From: Octopus bimaculoides
Taxonomy: Eukaryota
Length of the DNA: 35,619 bases
Assembly (NCBI RefSeq): GCF_001194135.2
Contig: NC_069001.1
Location: forward strand, 2,808,823 to 2,844,441
Direction: 5' to 3'
The number at the start of each line of letters is the position of its first letter. Position 1 is the stretch's first letter. The position numbers were made by a program, and so were the translations under genes. A model generated the notes under the pieces. That model was given only the letters and a program-made list of their open reading frames with translations, was not told the origin of the DNA and searched no databases. Positions 10,675 to 21,176 of the stretch are shown here, piece after piece.

Positions 10675-10765
10675 GTCAAGGAGCTCTGTCATGTAGGAAG
10701 ATTTAACTGTAACCTCAATGTGTGCATGTATTGCTAAGGCATCATCTTGTGTATATGTGTGAGAA
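10019..10765. repeat. Degenerate minisatellite, roughly a dozen units of about 55-60 bp
   Basis: Approximate consensus gactgtaatctccatgtgtatgttgttgaggagccctttcatgt(a/g)ggaagctgt. Ends just before the N gap. Confidence 0.85.
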
Positions 10766-11443
10766 GTTGAAAACGTCTAATGTCTTATCTNNNNNNNNNN
10801 NNNNNNNNNNNNNNNNNNNNNNNNNNNNNNNNNNNNNNNNNNNNNNNNNNNNNNNNNNNNNNNNNNNNNNNNNNNNNNNNNNNNNNNNNNNNNNNNNNNN
10901 NNNNNNNNNNNNNNNNNNNNNNNNNNNNNNNNNNNNNNNNNNNNNNNNNNNNNNNNNNNNNNNNNNNNNNNNNNNNNNNNNNNNNNNNNNNNNNNNNNNN
11001 NNNNNNNNNNNNNNNNNNNNNNNNNNNNNNNNNNNNNNNNNNNNNNNNNNNNNNNNNNNNNNNNNNNNNNNNNNNNNNNNNNNNNNNNNNNNNNNNNNNN
11101 NNNNNNNNNNNNNNNNNNNNNNNNNNNNNNNNNNNNNNNNNNNNNNNNNNNNNNNNNNNNNNNNNNNNNNNNNNNNNNNNNNNNNNNNNNNNNNNNNNNN
11201 NNNNNNNNNNNNNNNNNNNNNNNNNNNNNNNNNNNNNNNNNNNNNNNNNNNNNNNNNNNNNNNNNNNNNNNNNNNNNNNNNNNNNNNNNNNNNNNNNNNN
11301 NNNNNNNNNNNNNNNNNNNNNNNNNNNNNNNNNNNNNNNNNNNNNNNNNNNNNNNNNNNNNNNNNNNNNNNNNNNNNNNNNNNNNNNNNNNNNNNNNNNN
11401 NNNNNNNNNNNNNNNNNNNNNNNNNNNNNNNNNNNNNNNNNNN

Positions 11444-11489
<46 letters not shown>

Positions 11490-11491
<2 letters not shown>

Positions 11492-11907
11492 GTTTTATGG
11501 GGTCATCAGAACAGAATGTGTGCTGTTTGGTAAGAAGTACCAGCTGATAACTGGGTTAGATGTATTCCCCTCTGTCGATACAAGGATCAGCTGAAGCAAA
11601 GCCTAAAACTGACTGGAATCGATCCCAAAGCCTGGGACATTGAAACTCAGGACAGGCACGGCTGGCATCATTCCATCTCCTCTGTGACAGTTCATTTTGA
11701 AGCTGAACGACAGAGGAAAGAGGAAGAGAAACAAGAAAGAAAATAGGGGCTGCAACAAGCAAAGCCTCCACCACGGAATCTTTGTGAACTTTGCAACAGA
11801 TACTTCCATGCAAGAATCGGCCTCATTAGTCATCAGAGTTAGAAACACGGACAGAGGGGAAGAAGTGGTCAAGAAGAAACCAAATAAATCATCGGACACA
11901 CGATAAA

Positions 11908-11939
<32 letters not shown>

Positions 11940-11940
11940 C
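11490..11940 (+). mobile_element. RTE-clade LINE 3' fragment (dead ORF2 C-terminus with C2H2-like finger) plus (GCC)n(GAC)n tail
   Basis: Frame reads RYKDQLKQSLKLTGIDPKAWDIETQDRHGW...ERK*...CELCNRYFHARIGLISHQS*, matching the RTE YKD.LK..L...GI....W....DR..W...C..C....RIGL.SH pattern. In-frame stops present. Confidence 0.85.
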
Positions 11941-12350
11941 AACTTCCACGTAACAAAATTTCAGGCCTAATGTTTATAGAAGGGATTCCATAGAAAAGTC
12001 TTTGTTGTTTGTTACTCCCACACATAAATCTGAGGGGCAGCAAGAGTTATCTCCCTTGAACTTGACTACTTTCACAGCTTCAACAGAGTCGTGGTAGTTT
12101 TAATAAACTTATGTCCGCCTTTTGTCTATCACGTTCTTCCCCTCGATACACTTGTCCACTGACTTTGTGATACCAAAGCTCGTTTGAACATGAGACAGGT
12201 AGAATATCTATGTCGAATATGGCCTGTTTAAATGCTGAAGAATAAAAATCACTTCTTAAATTCCCAATTAGTTTTAGAGATCATTGAAACACAAAAGGTC
12301 TTATTTCATTTAAGATGAAAATTAAAAAAAACAAAAAAAACAGGTTAAAT

Positions 12351-12897
12351 ACAGGCATGTCTGTGGTAAGAAGCTTGCTTCCCAACCGCATGGTTCTGGG
12401 TTCAGTCCCACTGCATGGCATCTTAGGCAAGTGTCTTCCACTATTACTTCAGTCCACCTTGTGAATGGATTTGGTAGATGGAAACTGAAAGAAGCCTGTT
12501 GTGTGTATATATAGGCGCAGGAGTGGCTGTGTGATAAGTAACTTGCTAACCAACTACATGGTTCTGGGTTCAGTCCCACTGCGTGGCATTTTAGGCGTCT
12601 TCTACTATAGCCTCGGGCTGACCAAAGCCTTGTGAGTGGATTTGGTAGACGGAAACTGGAAGAAGCCCGTCCTATGTGTGTGTCTATGCTTGTGTGTCTG
12701 TGTTTGTCCCCCACCACCGTTGCTTGATAACCAGTTTTAGTCCCTGTAACTTAGCAGTTTGCCAAAACACATCGATAGAATAAGTACCAATGCTTTAAAT
12801 AAAAAGTATTGGAGCTGATTCGTTCAACTAAAAATTCTTCAAGGCGGTGCCCCAGCTTGGCCACGGTCTAATGACTGAAACTAGTGAAAGGTAAAAG
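12351..12897 (+). mobile_element. Two tandem tRNA-headed SINE family C copies (short 12351-12505, long 12513-12897) ending about 40 bp before the exon B acceptor
   Basis: ggctgtgtg.taag...catggttctgggttcagtcccactg...gtggatttggtagacggaaactg. Other copies at about 2530-2660 and 20020-20160 (+), and 17850-17975, 31365-31719 and 32590-32742 (-). Confidence 0.85.
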
Positions 12898-12939
12898 ATG
12901 CATTTTCTCACTCGCTTTCTCTTTCTTTTTCTTCTGCAG

Positions 12940-13173
12940 GTAAATACTGCAAAGACGACATAGATGAATGTCTCACCCAACCAGGTCTTTGCAAGAATGG
13001 TGCCACCTGCAACAACGAACACGGTGGGTTCTTGTGCATTTGTGTCAACGGGTGGACTGGCAATGATTGCAGTGAAAACATCGATGACTGTGAGAGTCAA
13101 CCGTGTTACAATGGTGGAACCTGTCATGATCGAGTTGGCTACTATCATTGTGAATGCCCCCCTTCTAAAACTG
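12940..13173 (+). CDS. Notch: Notch coding exon B (234 nt, phase 1-1): EGF8-EGF9, KYCKDDIDECLTQPGLCKNGATCNNEHGGFLCICVNGWTGNDCSENIDDCESQPCYNGGTCHDRVGYYHCECPPSKT
   Basis: Long polypyrimidine tract plus CAG at 12939; donor G|GTAAGT at 13174. Contains the Notch-diagnostic CVNGWTG.DCSENIDDC...TCHDRV...CECP motif. Confidence 0.97.
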
Positions 13174-14196
13174 GTAAGTTCTGTCTGTGGAAAAATATAG
13201 TTGGCACCACGCACCTCTGCCATTTCCTACCCCTTTTAATATTTACGATTCACAAACATTATTATCACTATTATCATCCCTCATCTTTAGTGTCACTTAC
13301 CACTCAGACTGTCACTCATCACACACTATCATTCCTCACTTCTATCACTCATCGCCCACCACCATAATTTACCAACCCTAGTGTCGTTCACAACCCTCTT
13401 CTGTTACTACTTTAGCACTCACCATCCTTGTCACTCACCATCCTTATCACTCACTACTCTCTTTATCACTCAACATCCTCTTTATCACTCATTCCCCATC
13501 ACTCACCCCCACTCTAACATACCCCCCCCCCGATATTACTTGCTGTTGGCTTTTGTCCTCTCTACCTAATACCACATGTAGCATTGGCTACTACTACTAC
13601 TACTATAGCCACTACTATCACATGTAAGCTACCACTACTTGTACTACAATAACCAACACTGAAATTATAATTACTGCAACCGGTCCACTTCACTTTACTA
13701 CAATCACCACAACTATTACTGTTACTACAACCATCACCATTAGCAACACTACTGCTGCTACATTCACTTCAATAAATATTATTACTACTATTACTGCTGC
13801 TACTACAAACAACACTACAATCACAATTATTATGACTAAACTACCACTACTACTATCAGAAACATCATTACAAGGACCACCACCACCACCACCACCATCA
13901 ACACTACTATTAATCAGAACTACAACCACCATCACATGATCAACTACTACTACAACCACTACTACCACCATGTGACCAATGCCTCTCACACACTGTATTA
14001 CCATCACCACCACTCCTACAACCACTACCATCACCACCACACTCCAAATACTATCATAAGCACTTGACCTCCAATGCCAGGAAGTGTGACCTCAGCTCCA
14101 GAAGGGAAAATATGTCCCAAACTTCCTTGGTTTTGAATGTCAGTTATGTAGATTTAGCTGTACGCATGGCGTCGCCGTGTTGTATGGGCTGTAGCT

Positions 14197-14235
<39 letters not shown>

Positions 14236-14927
14236 TGTGCTGTTGTGTGGGCTGTAGTTTGTGATTTTTGCAGTGATACTGTATAATGTGTGGATTGATA
14301 GCTGTAATTTCTCGGTCAATGTGTGTACGTGCACTCATGCACAGTGTGCATATCTTTGCATGTCTATGTATGTATGTTTTTGCAAATGTGTATGTGTGTC
14401 TGTCTCTGTTGTTTGTCTGCATAAACTGAGTATTAATGTGTGTGTGTGTGTGTATAAATATTTATATGCATGTATATATTTATATGTGAGTATGTATGGA
14501 TCAATGGAGATCAATAAGCTAAAACCTGGCTGATAATAAGTATTGTGTGTGGTGGGGTATCAATATAATTGCTTATAACCCCTTGAAGGTACATCAGTAT
14601 AATGACTGAAAGCATATGCACATATGACTGTTGACTGGACTGTGGCCATGCTGGGGCACGGTGTCTATGTTACCGTGAATTTTATATCTACCATCTGAGC
14701 TTTTTATGGTACTTAATTTATCAATTCATAGTTTATAGAATGCTTGGTTATCTCGAGTTACGTCCCTTCTTGAAGAGTTACCTCCCCTGAGGATGTTCAC
14801 ATACTACATAGAAATTACACCGATATACACCATGGACACATCGTCCTCACCGCTACCATCCATCACCGATTCTATCACATCATCATCATCGCCAATATCA
14901 CGTATATCCATGTTTCTACTCACACAG

Positions 14928-15083
14928 GTCTCCGCTGTCACCTTGAGGATGCTTGTGCCAGCAGCCCTTGCCATGCTGATGCCCTCTGTTCAACATCCCC
15001 CATAGATGGCAACCCTCTCTGTTCTTGTCCCAAAGGATGGCAGGGGAAAGACTGTTCTGAAGATATTGATGAATGTGAAAAAA
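14928..15083 (+). CDS. Notch: Notch coding exon C (156 nt, phase 1-1): EGF10 and start of EGF11, LRCHLEDACASSPCHADALCSTSPIDGNPLCSCPKGWQGKDCSEDIDECEK
   Basis: Acceptor ctcacacag at 14927; donor A|GTAAGT at 15084. Non-calcium-binding EGF10 signature CHL.DAC.S.PC as in Notch. Not captured in frame by the ORF track. Confidence 0.95.
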
Positions 15084-15312
15084 GTAAGTATTCATGCACT
15101 ACCTCCTTCTCTTGTCCTCTCACTCTCTCTAATTACCATTATTGTCATCATCATCATGGATTGGACAGAGCTTTTTCAGCCAGTGATCTAAGGCCAACCC
15201 ATATAACTGATGCTTATGATATGCAGTGGTACAGTGTACCTATACTAAAAAGTAAATGCACACAGTTTGTATGTATGCCTATATTTCTCCCTATATATAT
15301 ATATATATATAT

Positions 15313-15656
15313 ATCATCATCATCATCATCATCGTTTAACGTCTGCTTTCCATACTGGCATGGGTTGGACGGTTTGACTGGGGACTAGTGAACCAGATGG
15401 CTGCACCAGGCTCCAATCTGATCTGGCAGAGTTTCTACAGCTGGATGCCCTTCCTAACGCCAACCACTCCGAGAGAGTAGTGGGTGCTTTTACGTGCCAC
15501 CGGCAAGAGGGCCAGTCAGGCGGTACTGGCAATGGCCACGCTCAAATAGTGTTTTCCACGTACCACCGGCACAAGTGCCAGTAAGGTGACGCTGGTAACA
15601 ATCACGCTCAAATGGTATTTTTTATGTGCCACCAGCACCGGGGGCCACGATCACAC
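15313..15656 (-). mobile_element. Well-preserved retroposon family B copy with internal ~70-bp subrepeats; closely similar copy at 35098-35381
   Basis: atcatcgtttaacgtc..ctttccat.ct.gcatgggttggacg.tttgac...ggatgcccttcctaacgccaaccactccgagag.gtagtggg is shared nearly base for base. CpGs are retained. Confidence 0.85.
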
Positions 15657-15835
15657 TATATATACATACATATATATATATATTGGAATATGTGTGTATG
15701 TGTGAAATAAACATTGAACCTGCTTTACCCCACACAAAAACTGCAGGTGCTGTTCAGAGGTTTCGCAAGCTGTTCTAAATCCATTGCAATGCTGTGCTAA
15801 AATAAAATTGTTGTTATTGTTGCTGTTGTTGCAAC

Positions 15836-16044
15836 AGTAGTGAGCTGGCAGAATCACTAGCATGATGGATAAAATGCTTAGTGATATTTTGCCTGTTGCT
15901 ATGTTCTGAGTTCAATTTCCGCTGAAGTCAACTTTGCCTTTCATCCTTTTGGGGGTTGATAAATTAAGTTCCAGTGAAACACTGGGGTCGATGTAACCAA
16001 CTAGTCCCTTCCCCCAAAATTTCAGGCTTTGTGCCTATAATAGA

Positions 16045-16075
<31 letters not shown>

Positions 16076-16200
16076 GTTATTCAGCCTCTATAAGCTCTGA
16101 GTTCAAATCCTGATGAGGTCAACTTTCTCTTTCAGCTTGTTGATGTTGACAAAATATAGCACTAGTCAAATACTGGGGTCAGTATTAACTAACCCTCTTC
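15836..16200 (+). mobile_element. SINE family A full copy plus a second partial copy directly upstream of exon D
   Basis: gtgagctggcagaatc...ctgagttcaatttcc...aaaatttcaggctttgtgcctataatagaaag, then (ATT)n, then a second gagttcaaatcc. Confidence 0.85.
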
Positions 16201-16252
16201 ATACCTATGATAGAAACATTGATTATTATCTATATTTTTTTTTTTTTTTCAG

Positions 16253-16441
16253 ATCATGATTCTCCATGTGAACACGGCGGTACCTGTGTCAATACACCTG
16301 GACGCTTCCGTTGCGACTGCATGCCAGGTTTAACTGGGGACCGATGTGAACAGGACGTCAATGAATGTGAATCCTTTCCATGTAAGAATGACGGAACCTG
16401 TCTAGATGATCGGGGAGGATTTCGGTGTGCTTGTATGCCAG
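16253..16441 (+). CDS. Notch: Notch coding exon D (189 nt, phase 1-1): EGF11-EGF12 ligand-binding core, (N)[62 protein letters not shown]
   Basis: Poly-T plus CAG acceptor at 16252; donor G|GTAAGA at 16442. PCEH.G.CVNTPG and DVNEC.S.PC.ND.TCLD...F.C.CMPG match Notch EGF11/12. Confidence 0.97.
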
Positions 16442-16679
16442 GTAAGAAACATAGTTACTAGTGTTCTTAATGATTGCTATATCAATTCACCTGTAACTCT
16501 GTTTCTAAAACACTTTGTTTTCAAAATACTCATAAATAACTCTTTGAAATTCACTGCCTTTTGTTTCAATTAATTTTGAAAATAATGAAGAATTTAATAA
16601 AGTAATTTTATCATTATTAAGCTGGTGTTTGAAATAAATTAACATGAAATTTTGATATAAATTCTTAATTTAGACTATT

Positions 16680-16897
16680 TTAACCCTTGCGTTACTGTAT
16701 TTATTTTGTGATGCTCTGTGTTTCTTTCAATTAATTTTAAATATATCAAAGAATTTAGTAACATAACTTAGTTATCATTAACCTAGTGTTAGGAACTTAA
16801 ATTGTGACTAAGGTTTAATGGAAGATTTTATGAAAACAAGACATTTGTAGTACAGAACCAGAGGCGGTTTCAGCTGGGTTGGTATCAAAAGGGTTAA
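16680..16897. mobile_element. piggyBac-like MITE (TTAA-CCCTT...AAGGG-TTAA), 210-bp body; related ends at 17314-17323 and about 28170
   Basis: TTAA 16680-16683, CCCTT 16684-16688, AAAAGGG 16887-16893, TTAA 16894-16897. Confidence 0.7.
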
Positions 16898-18520
16898 AGC
16901 AAGGAGTTTGTATCAAAGAACTCAACAGAAGTTTTGGGTGTGTTTGGTATCAAAATTTCATGTTAAAAATTGAGCATTTAAACTGGCCATATCTGGGCCA
17001 AATATTCCACTTGTTTCTTTATGTTCCAACTGGTCAGACCTGGCTTCTCACACTTGCCCTACAATGTTATTTTTTAAATAAATAATCACATCATTAAAAC
17101 ATTAAAGTGATGAGATAATGCAGGATTAATTGAAACCAATGTGAATAAATAAGCATCAAAATTGACTAAGTAATCTGAAATGCCAAATGGTGAACTTGTG
17201 TTCCAAGCAACAGCTTAATAATGGCAAAAGTTATTCTTACTGCATTTTGTCATTATATTTTCAAAATTAATTTAAAAACAAAAACATTATATTTCAACAG
17301 AAATATGATAACCAAAGGGTTAACTTTCTTCTTTCTAATTATGTCTCACTGTTTTTCTTGATATATTTCAATCTCTCTCTCTCTCTCTCCTCCTCTCTAT
17401 ATATTTTACACTTTTATATATACATACATACATATATATATTTATCTATATATTTATATTTCACTCTACTTCTCTTTCTCCCCCCCCTCCAGCTCTAATT
17501 AAAGTCTGAATCTTAAGTCTCAGACTCAAGTGGTTTGCTCCTAACTCTACCAACCAGTGTTGTCTTTTGCACAGATCCTCACTGACCAAGTCCTTGACAG
17601 TTTCCCCACCTATCTTCTACTGCCTCTTGTTTATAGAAGCAGAGGAGTCATATGTTGGGGGTAGGGGAATGGCTGCATGTGTGGTGGTGGGGAGTATAGT
17701 GGACTGCAATGACCCAATTCTTTTTATTGCATCTTTCACTCTTTATCTGCCTCCTCCTCACCTCTCATGTTTTCTTGTTATTAACAGAATCAACATACAT
17801 GTATGAATGTTTATGCACTTTGTGTGTGCATATATAAATATAGATACAAACGCATTTATATATGGTCGGCCCGAGGTTGTAGTAGAAAACACTTGCCCAA
17901 GGTGCCACACAGTGAAACTGATCTCGGAACCATGTGGTTGGGAAACAAGCTTCTTACCACACAGCCATGCTCAATAATGTTTTCTTTTCCCATAGGGTGA
18001 AGAAAGTGTTATTCCATGCATTATTCCTCATGAAAAGCTTTGTCTTCATGTTTGTCTTTGATGCCTATGTTTCTGCTCAACAGTCTGATTGTCTAAAAAC
18101 AAGAGGATGGCTAAGAACACTTGTTTCTACCTCAATAGGTGTCATCAGCACAGCAAGTGTCCCATCTTATCTTTAATAGATGAGGAATTTATACATATAT
18201 GGTGTAAGTAATGAGCAACGACAAATAACTCTGAGTAGCTAGTGGCATACATTTGGACAATGAAAAGGAATAAGGGCTATGGACTTATTCTTTTACTGGT
18301 TTCAGTCATTGGTCCCTCCCCCCATCGTTTGACAACCAATGTTGGTGTGTTTACATCTCCATAATTTAGGGGTTTGGCAAAAGAGATCGATAGAATAATT
18401 AACTAGGCTTACAAAGAATAAATCCTGGGGTTGGTTTGTTTGACTAAAACCCCTTAAGGTGGTGCTACAGCATGGCTGCTGTCAAATGACTGAAACAAAT
18501 AAAATATATANNNNNNNNNN

Positions 18521-18552
<32 letters not shown>

Positions 18553-19084
18553 CACACCCACCCACACATTCCTTTACAGGCCTGATGACAGTATGTATGT
18601 GTGATTTGTGGAGTGCCAGCAGTTGTTGTGAGCTAAAATATTTTCTGAACTTACTGGAAGAGAATCTGAAGTTGTTGGGTTGAGTTGTATGTTTGGGGAA
18701 ATATTTTGTAGAACGTGTGGTCACTGTCAAACCTCACCAAGATAATCAAGAGGGTCGACACATTTAGTTGTGTGATTTTTCTTCTGTCTCTTGTGTACGC
18801 ACACACACACACACACACACACAGTCATTCACTCTCTTCCTCTTACACTATCTCATTCACTTGCCCTCACACGCACACCACACACATATATACATACATA
18901 CACAAGCATGCACATATACACTCTCTTTCTCTCTTACGCACACTCTTAATTGCATGCACACGCACGCGCACACACACATGCACTCTTCCTTTTACCCCTA
19001 CACACACACTACCACACAAACATAAACCTATCTACTACACGTTCACACTCACACACACATTCTGCCTGCCTTTCTCTTTCTCTC

Positions 19085-19172
<88 letters not shown>

Positions 19173-19537
19173 GTGCACACTCTCAACTATTTCTTGTTGT
19201 CCTTAAAAAAAGTCTTCAGTTTCCTGTGAAAGAAAGATTGAAGACATAAAAATAGACAAACAAACAAATACATATAATAAATAAATAACTCATTTTTATC
19301 TAGTTGTTTGTTCAAAACCAGGGTTTTTCACACACGTCCTGATCTCTTCAATATAAGAGCTCATTTTTAAGCCATACAGACACGCATATTTATATTTACA
19401 CACACACACACTTATTTCTTCTGTCTTTTCATATTTGTGTCTGTCTATGTGCATGTGTTTTGGGCCTCTGTATGTTTGCTTTTAATAGCCTAGTGGATAA
19501 GTCATGAGAACTTTGCTTCAGTTTATATATATATATA

Positions 19538-20020
19538 TCATCATTTAACATCCATTTTCCATGCTGGCATGGGTTGGATGGTTTGACAGGATCTGGCCTG
19601 CTGGAGAGCTGCCTGGACCCTGTGTCTGTTTTGGCATGGTTTCTACAGCTGGATGCCCTTCCTAATGCCAACCACTTTACAGAGTGTACTGGGTGATCAT
19701 ACACAGCACTGGCATGGGTGCTTTTATGTGACACCAGCACCCAGGAGTCCACAAGATTAAGAACGCTCAGCTGAAGAGGGATGCAGGGGTCATGCCTGTA
19801 CGCAAGGACAGCTATGATTTTACTTATCCTGACGTAGCTTTTCAAGCACAGCAAACCACCAGAAGTCTTGGTCCCCTGTCATACCCTCAGCAAGGCCCAA
19901 TATTTGAAGATCCTTTCTTACCACTTCATGCTATGTCTTCCTGGGTCTACCCTTCCCACAATTAGAGCTCAGCACTTCTTGATGCCCCTGTCTTTATTCA
20001 TGCACATCACATGACTGTAC
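19538..20020 (-). mobile_element. 5'-truncated RTE-clade LINE: dead ORF2 C-terminus (19820-20020) continuous with a family B 3' UTR and (GAT)n tail
   Basis: With one frameshift, the minus strand reads YSHVMCMNKDRGIKKC*ALIVG.GRPRKT*HEVVRKDLQILGLAEGMTGDQDFWWFAVLEKLRQDK*, the RTE GH..RM...GRP.KTW...DL...DR..W motif. Confidence 0.8.
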
Positions 20021-20165
20021 TGTGTGGTGAGAAGTTTGCTTCCCTACCATGCATGGTTTCAGGTTCAGTCCCACTGCATGGCTCCTTGTGCACTGGGGTG
20101 AACAAATACTTGAGTGGATTTGGTTGATAGAAACTGAAAGTGGCTTGTCATATATGTGTGCATGC

Positions 20166-20196
<31 letters not shown>

Positions 20197-20949
20197 TGTG
20201 CGTCTCCCCGATTCTTCTGTATCCACACTCTCTTTTGTGCATCTCTTGGACATATTACATATGTTGTCCTTGTATCGACCTCTGTTTGAACTCCACTCCA
20301 ACATTCCCCATCAACCCATATAAAATACAAGGTAGCCATGAATCTCATTCATAAACAGTAAACCTGTTCTTGCTATCTCGATAATGATTTTAACCTCTTG
20401 ACCCCTTGCTTAAAGTGTCCACTCTGTCCTTCTTTTCCCATCTGTCGAGAGACCTCTTCAGTTTTGCTAGTTACACGGTAACCTCACAAGTGATGGCTTC
20501 ACAAGAAAAGAACCAAATACACTCTGTAAAGTGGTTAGCATTAGGAAGGACATCCACCTGCAGACACTATGCCAAAATTGTGACACTAGAGCGAGATATA
20601 TTCTCCTGACCTGTTGAATCCTATCAAAATGTCCAACCCATACTATAAGTGAACATGGACATAAAATAATGATGGTATCATATGTATATGTGTGTTTGTC
20701 TCGCTTTTCTGTCTGTTATGTTTCCGCCCAGTGTTTGTCTATTTTACCCTTCGCTGTCTAACTTTTGAAATATATAGATAGATATATCTAGGAATAACAA
20801 CTTTTGGATGAAAATTCATAAATCCTTTAATGCGTTGCTATGCACATTTCCACAAACTTCATGTTTTAGTTGTTGTATTCCCCCATCCATAGGATATTAC
20901 AAATCTGATTTGCAAAATTCATGGATTTTACAGGGAATATTAATTTTAT

Positions 20950-21176
20950 GAGTATACTCAAAAATGTTTCACATAAATAAGACTTAAAGGATATATAGCC
21001 ACTAAACCATTTTTATTTTCTCTCACTCTGCTTATTTCTGTGTTTCTTTCTGTTGAAGAACATAGGTTCGAAACGTTAAAGACTCTTTCACTTCCCGAGC
21101 GTTAAATTAATACATCTGTTTGTTGTTTACACACCCGTCTTCGTCTTTTGTTTTGTTTTTTTTGTAAATTCCAACT
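20950..21176 (+). mobile_element. Penelope-like terminal-repeat remnant with a degenerate hammerhead-like motif
   Basis: tgtTGAAGAacataggttcGAAACGTTaaagac, followed by ttcccgagcgttaaattaatacatctgtttgttgtttac. Confidence 0.55.

Noticed and set aside
10019-10765. Repeat-spacer look of the array (CRISPR-like)
   Set aside because: Units are contiguous and degenerate throughout, with no identical repeats separating unique spacers, no cas genes, and an animal intron context.
14745-14790. Possible further hammerhead remnant (minus strand tcaagaagggacgtaactcgagat)
   Set aside because: Both core boxes are mismatched; too degenerate to support.
16189-16193. SINE-derived CTAAC as branch point for exon D
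   Set aside because: It is about 60 nt upstream and an AG intervenes at about 16212, so it is unlikely to be the used branch point.
17567-17806. Possible cryptic exon or pre-miRNA hairpin after ttttgcacag
   Set aside because: No EGF or other recognisable coding pattern, and the apparent stem pairs poorly on inspection.
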